64,000 nt of DNA. It comes from Octopus vulgaris (lineage: Eukaryota). Position 1 is the first letter of the stretch. The number at the start of each line of letters is the position of its first letter. Positions 51,841 to 64,000 of this stretch are shown here, one piece after another. The notes below the pieces were generated by a model that was not told the origin of the DNA, searched no databases, and worked only from the letters and a program-made list of their open reading frames with translations. The translations under genes and the position numbers were made by a program. The stretch is from NCBI GenBank assembly GCA_951406725.2, contig OX597814.1, positions 119,784,001 to 119,848,000 on the forward strand, in the 5' to 3' direction.

Positions 51841-53155
51841 TCTTTAAAACAAAATGTCATCAAATATGCTCACCAAGCACCATTAAGTGTTTTGTAATGT
51901 CCTCTTTTGTTTTTTCTATGTTTCGAATGTCAATATTCGTAATTAAGAATAATCTCTTAGATACATCCCATTGACAAGGGTCATGAAACTCGAAACATCG
52001 ATGTCTGGGATTCCTAATAGATGGTGACACTGAATGAACCGGGTGTTTTCACACCTTTTTACCATAAGAAATTTTTTTTTCTCCATGGTAACTGCAGTGC
52101 CTTTGCCTTTTAGCACTTGAAATATGTGACATACATTTTTGAACTTCTCTAAATCCTGCTCATACCTAAACACTGCTTTACGCTAACGCTTTATTAACTC
52201 ACGGTAAATTTTGCTGGTATTGAAGATATGTTAAACATGAAAAATTCTTCATATTAATTTGCTAGAGTTTACCTAAATGTGTTTAAGAAATGTAGAACGA
52301 AAATCCTTCGGATAATTAATGTTGTGTGAATTTTAAGAGAAATAAACGGGGGTGATTTCATGCATTCGCATCAAAGTAATTAAGGTTGTTATAAAATTGG
52401 ATTTGTGCAAATACATAACACTCACCGTACGAAAATTCTATGAAGCATTTTACATACTGACAGGCATAAATGTTACTTCAATTCTATAAATAAAATGCGA
52501 AACTGGAGTAGAATAAACCTTGACAATGATAGCAGTGAAAATAAAGTAAATAAAAAAGGCTAGAAGCAGTGAGATTTACTTGGGTTGAACAAATGATGCC
52601 GTATGAAGAGAAGGAAGAAGTTTATTATTTTTCACATGATTTTATGACAAAATTAATTGCACGGAATGTTTACGCTTCATTGGTAAAATCATGAGGTACC
52701 ACAAGGGTGAACTAAAATGTTAGTATTGGACATGGCGTGACGGCAGCCAACAATGCTGGACATTGTAAAGGATCAATTTTGATTATCCCACCATGGTGAA
52801 CTGCACAAGAATGGTAACTACAATTCTGAATATATTCACACATAGTTTACATTGATTTATAACTATTTCTTCAACTGCACGAATGTAAAAGATGAACAAA
52901 AGGTGATACAGAGCGGAATTGACCGCCAATCCATGTTGTTGCATGGTCAAATTCTTAATATATTTGTCGTAATTTCTTAATATAAACTGTCGATTAATAC
53001 GACGTGAGTTCAAGTTCATCCGACCAACGGAACAGCGGGCTCGTGAAATTAACATGTAAGCGATTGAGCACTCCACCAACATTCGTACCCTTACCGTAGT
53101 TCTCAGGGAGGTTCAGCGTGACACAGAATATGACAAGATCGGTCCTTTGAAATAT

Positions 53156-53440
53156 TGTTTGTTGTTTGTTCCTCATCAGGGCCGGTCCCGGTTTCCTTGA
53201 CGCATAGATTCCCCACCTGAACGGAACGCCGGTCCGTCGCAGTTGAGCTGCAAGATACAGGAGGAAAGAGTGAGAGAAAGTTGTGGCGAAAGAGTCAGCA
53301 GAGATTCGCCATTACCTTCTACCGGAGCCGCGTGGAACTTAGGTGTTTCGCTCATAAACACCTCACCCGGTTTGAGATTCGAACCCGCGATTCCTCGACC
53401 GCGAGCCCGCTGCTCTAACCACTTGGCCATGTTCCTCCAC
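53156..53440 (-). mobile_element. tRNA(Arg)-like-headed SINE family D nested in an older SINE
   Basis: Head TGGCCAAGTGGTTAGAGCAGCGGGCTCGCGGTCG..GGTTCGAATC. TSD-like CCTTTGAAATAT / CCTTTTAAATAT. Homologous to 59650-59940. Host repeat spans about 53040-53600. Confidence 0.8.
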
Positions 53441-54159
53441 CCTTTTAAATATAGGTACTACGTATTTTCGCAAATGAGCAACCTGGAGCAACGTGAAATA
53501 AAATGACTTGCTCACGTACACAAAGCGCTGCTGTGAATCGAACTCACTCATGATCTTACAATCGTGAATAGAATACCCTTACGCTACGTTGTGCATCTTC
53601 ACTTAATTATTTAACATAGTTGACGAACAAAAATGTAAAATAAGTGTAATTTACTTTCGTTGGGAAAAAAATTCTACAAAAATTTATTAGGAGCTTCTAA
53701 TTGCATTTTATCAGCAAAGTAACAAAATCGTACGTAGTATTACAAACAGGATCCAAGCATGATAAGTAGAAGGATGATGATGGAAGTGCTAACTATCATA
53801 GTTACAGGGAAAATGAATGATCAAATGTTAATGATGATGACATCGATAATGACAAATCATTTTCTAGTTTAATTATTTAAAATATTACGTTCGTTCATCA
53901 AACTTTCCGAAGATAACATTTCTGAAGTTCTCTAAAATATTTATAGTTTCGCTTGCAGTTAATTTCTTCTTGTATTTTCCCCTTTAGCTTTAGCGATAAA
54001 CAAGAGACCTATGGTAAGATTAATCAACAGGGAATAACACAATTACCACATAAATCAAAATAGTGTTGTTGACTGCTACGTTAAGTAGTGTTGTGGTTCA
54101 AAATGTTAAATGTTTACTATTGTTAGTAAAAGAACTTAATATTTATTATGTTTTTGAAT

Positions 54160-54385
54160 GTGGCGAGAGCTTGCAGATACGTTAGCACGCCGGGCGAAAT
54201 GCTTTGCGGTATTTCGTCCGCCGCTGGAGTTCAAATTCCGCCGAGGTCCACTTTGCCTTTGATCCTTTCGGGGTCGATAAATTAAGTACCAGTTACGCAT
54301 TGGGGTCGATGTAATCGACTTAATCGGTTTGTCTGTCCTTGTTTGTCCTCTCTATGTTTAGCCCCTTGTGGGCAATAAGGAAATA
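54160..54385 (+). mobile_element. SINE family B
   Basis: GGCGAG..GTTAGCACGCCGGGCGAAATG head plus family B core. Confidence 0.85.
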
Positions 54386-54387
54386 TA

Positions 54388-54447
<60 letters not shown>

Positions 54448-55671
54448 TGCGTATACATGTATAAATACATTTAACTATACAATTTATTCACATACACCCA
54501 TATATAAACCAACAAAAGAAAAAACGGATGTTATTGCGAACACAAGTGCAATTTTGACTAATACTGATGTATCTCTACCGGGTGGTGTTTGCGATATGTT
54601 AAATTGACAGTGTCCATTTAAATACGACTTCAATGTCTTTTTTCAAACGCTGTATACCTGTATGTCTGGTTAGAACACCATTATGTCCTGTCACCTACCG
54701 TTCATCACGCAGAAAGTATTTCTGAACGAAATATTCATTATTTTCTGTGTTGTCTATTCTATTAAGGGAACCAGACATTCAGATTACGACTCATCCATTA
54801 GAATGGACTTCTATTGTTTTCTGAAAAAGCTGTCTTGAAAATATGTCATACTCAGTGTGATGACATCAATTTTGTGCCACATTTTCAGACAAAATTTGGT
54901 CTATATTGAAAATATTCTTCGTACATATAATCCGTGAAAAACTGCTTATGAAATATCAACAAAATTTACAATATTTGTAATATTTTCTTTTGTTAAACGC
55001 ATATATGTATAAATAACTACTGCCATAAACATCAAAACACTTCTTCATAAAAGTGCAAATTTTCAGATATCCTTATTTTTTTTTCTCTCTTTTAATGAAT
55101 GTTTGACTTCATTTAAAGCGTAATCCAACACCGCAAGAAACAGAGCACCCCACTGATATACAATAATCTAAAAAATATCGATTTTATTGCGATTACAGCC
55201 TGTGCGGTTATCATGAGTGAATATATGTTATTCCTAAAACAGTACATCGTACTCAGTATTACATTTCAGAACACTGACCTGAGATCTATACTTTTCCCAT
55301 TATTTTGCTACATTCTCGAGTCTCTATTCAGTTTCTATTAGCTCAATAGATGTATATTTGGAACGTGAGATGATACGCACAAACAAATTTATTGGCTGCC
55401 ATTTTCTATATCGTCTTGTCTCAAAGCCAATAATTTTGGGGTACTAAGTTCGACGATTACATCAACACCCTGTGTCCAGCTGGGGAAATAACTTTATCGA
55501 CCGTGTAATGATGACAGCAAAATTCTATGTCACTGGAATTCGAACTTAGAATGTAAAGAGTCGCAAGATATGACTCTAAATATAATGCTTCAGGCTGTAG
55601 AAATTCTGTCAGCTTGTCACCGTTAATTGCTTCAAATTTTGGCACAGACGTAATAATTTTGGTCGAAAGGG

Positions 55672-56110
55672 AAGGTGGCGAGCTGGCAGAAGCATTAGTA
55701 CGCCGGGCGAAATACTTAGCGGTATTTCATCTGTCGTTACGTTGTGAGTTCAAATTCCACCGAGGTTGACTTTGCCTTTCATCCTTTCGGGGTCGATAAA
55801 TTAAATACCATTTCCGCACTGGGGTCGATGTAATCGACTTAATACCTATGTCTGTCCTTAATCGACTTAATCGGTTTATCTATCTTTGTTTGTCTCCTCT
55901 GTGTGTAGCCCCTTGTGGGAAGTAAATAAATAAGAAACGTTGGCACACCGGGCGAAATGCCTAGCGGCATTTCGTCTGTCTTTACGTTCTGAGTTCAAAT
56001 TCCACCGAGATCGACTTTGCCTTTCATAATTTCGGAGTCGATAAATTAAGTGCTAGTTGCGCACTGCAGTCGATCTAATCGACTGGGCCCCTCCCCCAAA
56101 ATTTAGGGTC
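55672..56110 (+). mobile_element. SINE family B tandem dimer (older inverted copy at 55420-55620)
   Basis: Two head-to-tail units joined at AATAAGAAACGTTGGCAC. Confidence 0.85.
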
Positions 56111-56529
56111 TTTTGCCTAGAGCAGAAAGGAATTTTGATCGAAAGGTATTATTCAGTATCACAGACCCTTGTTGAGCGTTATTTTATTGATACACCTTCT
56201 TCACGAAGGATAAAAGGAAATATTGACTCCAGTAGAATTCGGACTTATAACGTAAAGGTAGAAAAAAAAACCGCTAAACCATTAATTTGACGCAGTTAGG
56301 ACTCTACAGGCTTCCTAACCTCAAACCTTTCTAATTTTGTCACATGGCCTGCAATTGTGAGAGGCGGATGTTAGACGATACCACAGACACCAGCACTTGA
56401 AAGGTAGTGAGATTTGAGGGGAGGGGACTAGTCGAATACATCAACCCAATACATCAAACATCAAACAAAGAATACATCAAACATCAAACGTCCTGAAAGG
56501 ATGAAAGGTAAAGTTTATCTCGGTGGAAT

Positions 56530-56730
56530 TTGAACTCGGAATGTAGCGAAGGCGAATTACTGCTAATCATTTCACCCGCCGTGATAATGTTTTTACCAGA
56601 TGGCCGCCTTACACATAAAAAAAAGAAGAAATTGAACTCGGAATGTAGCGAAGGCGAATTACTGCTAATCATTTCACCCGCCATGATAATGTTTTTACCA
56701 GATGGCCGCCTTACACATAAAAAAAAGAAA
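56530..56730. repeat. Near-identical 102-bp tandem duplication of a diverged family B SINE head
   Basis: TGAACTCGGAATGTAGCGAAGG...CATAAAAAAAAGA occurs twice, with one substitution seen. Confidence 0.9.
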
Positions 56731-56899
56731 TAATAATAATAATAATAACAGGCTTTGAAATACACCTTAATACAACAAGTAATGTGCTCCTACGTACTGC
56801 ACTGAAGCATGAAGATTTTAAACTAGTTTCAGTTATGAAGCTTTGTCAGAAATTTAAAAAGTCTCTTGGCCTACAAGTTAATAAGAATGACGAACAACA

Positions 56900-58295
56900 C
56901 CCAAATAGTGGCATTGCATCCACCCAATTTAGAAATTAACAATCAGAAAGGGGAAAAAGAGATCCAAATAGTGATAAACCTATCATTGATGAAAAAAAAA
57001 ACATCAAAAAAGCTAAGAATGCTTGCATTAATAATATTGAAAACGACTGGAAGGGTAAACTCCTGCATGGAAAATACCGTAACCGCCTGTCTAAGCCAGA
57101 TATTTATCGAAATCTAAAGCAAGGGACAGGTCTGAAAGGGAAAACCGAAGGCTTTGTTATTGCGGTGCAAGATCAGAGCTTACCTATCGCAAACTACCAT
57201 GCAAGCGTCCTTAAATATGGACGTGACCCCTCGTGCAGAATTTGCAGCAAATTCACAGAGACAATTGATCGTGTTGATTCTAGCTTCCCAGTCCTCACTG
57301 AAAAGGAATACGTCATAAGACATGACAGACTAGAGAGTACATCCACTAGAATACTTGTAAATACTACAAAATTAAATCCCATGATAAGTGGTACAGGCGC
57401 CATCCAGAGGATGTAGTAAATTGGCGTCACCATCCTTTGGAACGTCCCAATACAATCAAACAGAAAAATTGACTCCAACCGACTAGACATTGGGGTCAGG
57501 GACTACAACAGAAGAACTTGACTGTTAATAGATATGTCTGTCCCACAAGGTCAAAAGGTCTCAAGAAAGGAAAGCGAAAGTCTTTCTCACTACAAAGATC
57601 TGCAAATTGAAATCACAAAATTATGGAAGCTTAGTACTACGATAATACAAGTAGTAATTGGAGAGGGAATAAGACTGATTGGATGCGAACGCAACATTAT
57701 AGATGAAAACAACATAACAACATAGTATAGTTTGTAAAAAATGCCATGGAACCACTGTTATTGGAATTAAGAAGTTCAGGCTTGTGTCGGATGGTAGATT
57801 GCAATGATAAACACTGTACAGGCACTTGAGAATGAATAAAACTGAAAATAGGTGGATAAAGAAAAAAATGCATGGACAATTTCAATGGGATGCTGAAGAT
57901 GAGACAGACAGAGAAAATATGTATGTGGATAAGTAAAAGTGATTTACAACCGGAAACAGATGCTCTAATCAGTGCTGTCCAAGAGCAAGCACTAAGAACA
58001 AATTATATCAATTGTAGAATAGACGACACATCAGAAAGTGTAAGTGCAGAATTTGTGGACAAAATGGTGAAACCGTGTGGCATATTACTAGTCAATGATA
58101 GGGTGCCAAATTTCTGGCTCGACTCGCTCCCGTGCGCACAGGAAAAGCTAGTCCAGTTAATGAATGAAATTATGAAAGATCCTGCGAAAACACCCGATGT
58201 CTTAGCAAGAGCTATTACTTACCTACGCGAAATTTCCCCAAAACTATCGGCCCATAACATGTCTATCTACCACACAGCAATCTTTGGTGTATAAA
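56900..58295 (+). mobile_element. Mosaic of three R4/Dong-like (RLE) non-LTR fragments
   Basis: (1) WKGKLLHGKY..TEGFVIAVQDQ..CRIC....ETID..RHD..ILWNVPIQ..NRLDI..LIDMSVP..YKDL..LW..VVIG. (2) 57730-58090: HGQF..ETDALISAVQEQALRTN..CRICGQNGETVWHI. (3) 58095-58295: VPNFWL..AITYL..NYRPITCLST (RT domain 0/1). Confidence 0.85.
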
Positions 58296-59051
58296 TAACA
58301 TTAGGATACTCTCATAACACTTGGATTTCTTTCTTGATCTGTAATTTGTCTCACGTTTAAAAATCTCAGACAACAACCATATTACTTCTTAATTTTTAGC
58401 ACGTGTAGTCGTGTTCCACATAATGTTTCTAATTCTTCTTTTAAGGAAAGTAACACACATAATTTTTCTGAAAAGATGAAAAACCACTGTTATATGGATA
58501 AATATAAAATCAATGGTTAGCTTAAAAGAGCATTAAAGAAACCACAAATCCCCAAAATACATCTTTAATATTATTCCGTTATTATAAACAACACACCTAT
58601 TCAACGAATAACTACAAAACTCGTCTAGTTTAGAATAATAATCAGCAGGGATGCTAATTATCGTTGTAGAAACTGGAGTAAAGTAGAAGTAAAAAAAAAT
58701 TAATATAATTGCTATCAGGCAGATGTTGTTAATGAAGGTTGACTCCAGAAGGATTAATAAGCAACGATCAGGCAAACTAAGAAAAGATGGTGAAAATATC
58801 GACTACTCATCAAATATCTCAGAAAAAATATGCAAAAGGAAATTTTATAAAATTAAATAGTGTAAAAATAAAATTGAAAGAGAGGTTACTGCTATGTCAA
58901 GATTTCAGTTTATCGTAAATGATATTTTTTGAGACTCAACGTATTTACATTTATTTTAATATAGTTTTATTAATTATCCTATTTTAATGCCTCTGTTGGA
59001 ATTGATCTTAGAAAGGCCGTGTAGATTTCTGTAGATCAAATCACCCAAATT

Positions 59052-59292
59052 GAAATACCTATTTCTTTACTACCCACAAGGTGCTAAACACAGAGAGGAC
59101 AAACAAGGACAGACAAATGGATTAAGTCGACTATATCAACCCCAGTGTGTAACTGGTACTTATTTAATCGACCGCAAAAGGATGAAAGGCAAAGTCGACC
59201 TCGGCGGAATTTGAACTCAGAACGTAGCGGCAGACGAAATACCACTAAGCATTTCGTCTAGCGTGCTAACTATTCTGTCAGCTCACCGCCAA
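59052..59292 (-). mobile_element. SINE family B, full length
   Basis: Complete reverse complement of the family B head, core and tail. Confidence 0.88.
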
Positions 59293-59649
59293 ATTCAAAT
59301 ACCATTAATTGCTGTCTCGTATAATTCTTTTCATGATTTCTAGGACTCAAGAGAGATTTTGTGGCATATAACTGACCGAGATCACAACAATTTCTATGAA
59401 CGGGATGCCGGTGCGTGGCAGGACTTCAATGCCAGAAAAGTTTGAAGGAGAGTACTAGTCCATTACATCGGTCTCAGTATTTGATTGCGTTTTATTCTAT
59501 CGATCTCGAATTGATGAAAAGCATAGTTGACTTCAGCGAGATTAAACACTCAAAACGTAATAAGCTTGAATAAATACTGCGAAGCATTTTATCCGAATTG
59601 CGAACGACTCTGCTAGTTTATAGCGTGTATTAAATATGTCAGATCATGA

Positions 59650-59940
59650 TCATGGTCTAGTGGTTAGAGCAGCGGACTCGCGGTCGAGTGATTGCGGGTT
59701 CGAATTTCAGGCCGGGCGATGTGTCTGTTTATGAACGAAACACCAAGGCTCCACGCGGCTCCGGCAGAAGGTAATAGCGAACTTCTACTGACTCTTTCGC
59801 CACAACTTTCTCTCATTCTCTCCTCCTGCATCTTACAGCTCACCTGCGACGGACCGGCATCCCGTTCAGGTGGGGAATCCTATACGCCAAGAAAACCGGG
59901 AAACCGGCTATATGGGCCAGGCGTGACTCGAGAAAGTACA
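59650..59940 (+). mobile_element. SINE family D
   Basis: TGGTCTAGTGGTTAGAGCAGCGGACTCGCGGTCG..GGTTCGAAT head. Matches 53156-53440. Confidence 0.85.
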
Positions 59941-60644
59941 AACACCAACAACAAAATATACAACGCTATGATAATTTTGATGTTAGTAGAGAGTTAAATA
60001 TTTATCGACCCTAACTGTACTTAGAAGTTTTGATAGATTTGGTAAATAATCTGAATAGCAAACAATTATTCTGTTTTTTTTTTTTTTTTTTTTTTTTTTT
60101 TGGTCAGTAAGTGTTATTTCCTATTTGCTTCTGTGTAGAAATCAAGGAAAGTGACTACAATTCCTTTCAAACTTAGTTTTTGTGATCTGGGCAACCATGT
60201 TCTGAAACTGCTTTAGTTTCCATTGCATTTTAGACAGATTCAGCGCTGAGTTGCTGAAGAAGAAATACCGCAATGCAGTTGAATACCACAGATTTTCTAG
60301 TCAGTTGCTTGACCTTAACAACTTGATCATGTTCCTTAGAGTCTGACAATATGTGCATCGCTGATCATGAGCAGGAATCGTGGGGGAGCATCATAGCTAT
60401 GTGTTGCGAGGGATTCTTTGGGGGGTTAAATAAATGCAACAAAAGCAAAGTTTGAAGGAAATATTAGACATTTTTCATACTTTTTGAGGGGTAAGCACAT
60501 AGGAAATAACAGTTGCTAATCCAAACTCCTGTTACAACACTTCATTATATTCTAATGTATTCACGGACGTTTCATTCCACTGATATTTTCTAGGCTTTCC
60601 ATGTTGCCAACATTCTCCGGGGATGAAATATTAACTTGAAGTAA

Positions 60645-61222
60645 AGGTGGCGAGCTGGCAGAAACGTTAGCACGCCGGGCGAAATGCTTAGCGGTATTTC
60701 GTCTGCGTTACGTTGTGAGTTCAAATTCCGCCGAGGTCGACTTTGCCTTTCATCCTTTCGGGGTCGATAAATTAAGTACCAGTTACGCACTGGGTCGATG
60801 TGATCGACTTAATACCTATGTCTGTCCTTGTTTGTCCCCTCTGTGTTTAGCCTCTTGTGGGTAATAAAGAAATAGGTATTTCGTCTGCCGCTACGTTCTG
60901 AGTTCAAATTCTGTCGAGGTCAACTTTGCCTTTAATCCTTTCGGGGATCGATAAATTAAGTACCAGTTACGCACTGAGGTCGATGTAATCGACTTAATCC
61001 GTTTGTCTGTCCTTGTTTGTCCTCTCTGTCTTTAGCCTTGTGGGTAGTAAAGAAATAGGTATTTCGTCTGCCGCTACGTTCTGAGTTCAAATTCTGCCGA
61101 GGTCGATTTTGCTTTTCATCCTTTCGGGGTCGGTCAAATAAGTACCAGTTACGGACTGGGGTCGATATAATCGACTTAATCCGTTTGTCTGTCCTTGTTT
61201 GTCCTCGCTGTGTTTAGCCCCG
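60645..61222 (+). mobile_element. SINE family B tandem trimer
   Basis: One full-headed unit is followed by two units, each joined at AAAGAAATAGGTATTTCGTCTGCCGCTACG. Confidence 0.88.
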
Positions 61223-61969
61223 TTTATGAGCATGTCATGCGAATAATTCAATAAGTTAGTTCTGGATTTGAACCCCAGGCATGACATGCTTTAAATGTAA
61301 CAACCGTGATTATGCAAATGAAAATATTCAAGTAGTTGGCCAAATTTATTCTCACATAAAATTCTTCAAAAATCCTTGCAATTTCATTTGCTCGCTAAGT
61401 GTACTCCAAGTGCAGAATTACTGTGAAAGATCTGCGGTAGTAATTTGTCTTGTATGTCGCAGGCAATAAGCTTCCGACATTGTATTTGCTCATGAGCGAC
61501 ACTCATGATTGTAGCTCGTGCAAGTTCATTACTTTCAAAAGAAGATTAATTGTATATTCATTCGCATTACCAATGGAATCTTGTATAGATTAGGGTGGTG
61601 CAATAACAAAGCTAAGAGCTTGGCTGATTTCGGTTTAATCAGCAACAACATAATGTGTCAACATCTATTTCCAACAAAGCATTTAGTTTTACATTTAAAT
61701 ATCATAGAATTTGCCCTCCGAACTCTTTAACTATGCGCGAATCTATCTGACTGCTTATAGATACGTACACTGCACAAGCTGAGAGATACAAAAGGTTGTC
61801 GAAATAAATTCAAGGAAACGAACAAGTTTACAAAGCATGTTATCACACTATTAGTGGAGAAACGCTTTCTTTGAGAACATTAAAATGGTGACCTGAAAAA
61901 GAAAAAATAATTGCTCAAGTATTATGGTGGAAGAATAAAAAATGTGATTTGGGCGGAGATATGTATACA

Positions 61970-62305
61970 CTTTTACTCTTTTATTTGGTTCAGTCATTTG
62001 TCTGCGGCTATGCCGGAGCACCGCCTTTAATGGAGCAAATCGACCCCAGTAATTATTCTTTGTAAGCCTAGTACATATTCTATCAGTCTCTTTTGCCAAG
62101 CCGCTAAGTCGCGGGGACGTAAACACACCAGCATCGGTTGTCAAGCGATGTTGAGGGGGAGGGGACAAACACAGACACACAAACATAAGAGACTGATAGA
62201 ATAAGTACTGGGCTTACAAGGAATAAGTTCTGGGACCGATTTGCTCGACTAAAAGGCGGTGCTCCAGCATGGCCGCAGTCAAAGGACTGAAACAAGTAAA
62301 AGAGT
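61970..62305. mobile_element. Two 3' portions of SINE family A in inverted orientation
   Basis: 61970-62185 is on the minus strand and 62188-62305 on the plus strand, giving about 120-bp complementary arms. Confidence 0.8.
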
Positions 62306-62933
62306 ACATAAAAGAGAGTATATAATGAAAGTTTGAACCGTTATCAATTCAGAATTATATGTGGTACCATATTGAAACAAATTTCCGTTGAGACGAATAT
62401 AATCATCTTACATATTTAAACTCACGCAATTATTAATGTTTATGCATACAAATACAAAGATTCATCATTACATCATCCCAGAAGCAGTCGCACATTTACT
62501 CACAAACACATGCACACGCACACACATATATGCACACACAAATATACCTATATCGTTATTCATATAATAACATACATGTATCTGTATATGCATGTGTGTG
62601 TATATGTATGTGTGTATGTGTTGCTGTATCAATATATATGTATAGTTAGTTGTACATGCTATCGTGTTATCAAGTTGCATCATTCGATTATATTAAATAT
62701 TGGAAAGTATTCATCCCAAACTAGCATTGTAATTAAATTGTTAATATGAGAAATCACACCATCTATTAGAATTGTCTGACACAACCAAAGAAAGTATAAT
62801 AGTAAAAGTGTTCAACTTTACAATACACACAAACACGTGCACACACACACAGAAACACATACACATATATACTTGTATAATTGGTTAGATTTTCGCTTGA
62901 ATTTATACGAATATATCTTACGTGTATCTTGTG

Positions 62934-62980
<47 letters not shown>

Positions 62981-63012
62981 ATATATGTATATATATATAT
63001 ATATATATATAA

Positions 63013-63046
<34 letters not shown>

Positions 63047-63070
63047 GTATATATATATATATATATATAA

Positions 63071-63198
<128 letters not shown>

Positions 63199-63221
63199 TA
63201 TGTATGTATATATATATATAA

Positions 63222-63254
<33 letters not shown>

Positions 63255-63298
63255 CATATATATTTATATGTATGTATATATATATGTATATATATATG

Positions 63299-63376
<78 letters not shown>

Positions 63377-63425
63377 CATATATATTTATATGTATGCATA
63401 TATATATGTATATATATATATATAA

Positions 63426-63458
<33 letters not shown>

Positions 63459-63478
63459 CATATATATTTATATGTATG

Positions 63479-63510
<32 letters not shown>

Positions 63511-63511
63511 A

Positions 63512-63544
<33 letters not shown>

Positions 63545-63564
63545 CATATATATTTATATGCATG

Positions 63565-63596
<32 letters not shown>

Positions 63597-63603
63597 TATA
63601 TAA

Positions 63604-63636
<33 letters not shown>

Positions 63637-63695
63637 CATATATATTTATATGTATGTATGTATATATACATATATATATATGTATACATACATAC

Positions 63696-63726
<31 letters not shown>

Positions 63727-63887
63727 AAGGGAGACGCAGATAAGTAGCTAGAACGTTGCATACACACCTCTATATAATATATATATGTGTATACATGCAT
63801 ATACATACATATAATTATACATGTGTGTGTCTACGTGCACACACATATAATTATATATATGTTTGTGCGTGTGTGTGTATTCAGAGG

Positions 63888-63921
<34 letters not shown>

Positions 63922-64000
63922 GAGAGAGAGAGAGAGAAAAAGGAAGAGTAACATTTAAAGTTCATTTAGAATTGTCATTTATACGAAGAAACCCGATCAC

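Noticed and set aside
57872-58294. 140-aa ORF that might be a host exon
   Set aside because: It is a chance in-frame fusion of two R4-like retrotransposon fragments.
59650-59725. tRNA-like sequences (also near 53360-53435, 48185-48260 and 46920-46993)
   Set aside because: They have A/B boxes but no convincing acceptor stem, and each continues into a shared repeat body. These are SINE heads, not tRNA genes.

Overview
This is a gene-poor, AT-rich eukaryotic window. The SINE repertoire strongly suggests an octopus (coleoid cephalopod) genome, though that is an inference from recalled repeat families. I can support no host protein-coding exon. Almost all ORFs in the track are (TA)n/(CA)n/(GA)n microsatellite read-throughs. 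The real content is transposable elements: (1) a young, 5'-truncated Penelope-like element (PLE, Neptune-type, RT + GIY-YIG ORF 7505-9355) bounded by a perfect 227-bp inverted repeat; (2) an internally deleted second PLE; (3) decayed CR1-type, RTE (AviRTE-like), HERO-like, Tx1/L1-like and R4/Dong-like non-LTR fragments; (4) two mariner relics, hAT and piggyBac MITEs, a Helentron-type element and a GC-rich palindromic MITE; and (5) four tRNA-derived SINE families, some in tandem arrays. The most striking unannotated signal is about ten sequence-unrelated type I hammerhead-ribozyme-like motifs, most with palindromic stem III and many embedded in (TA)n tracts. They include a compensatory U3-A8 core variant in the young PLE and a 355-nt terminally redundant, highly structured unit that looks like a non-LTR retrozyme (circular-RNA-derived) monomer.
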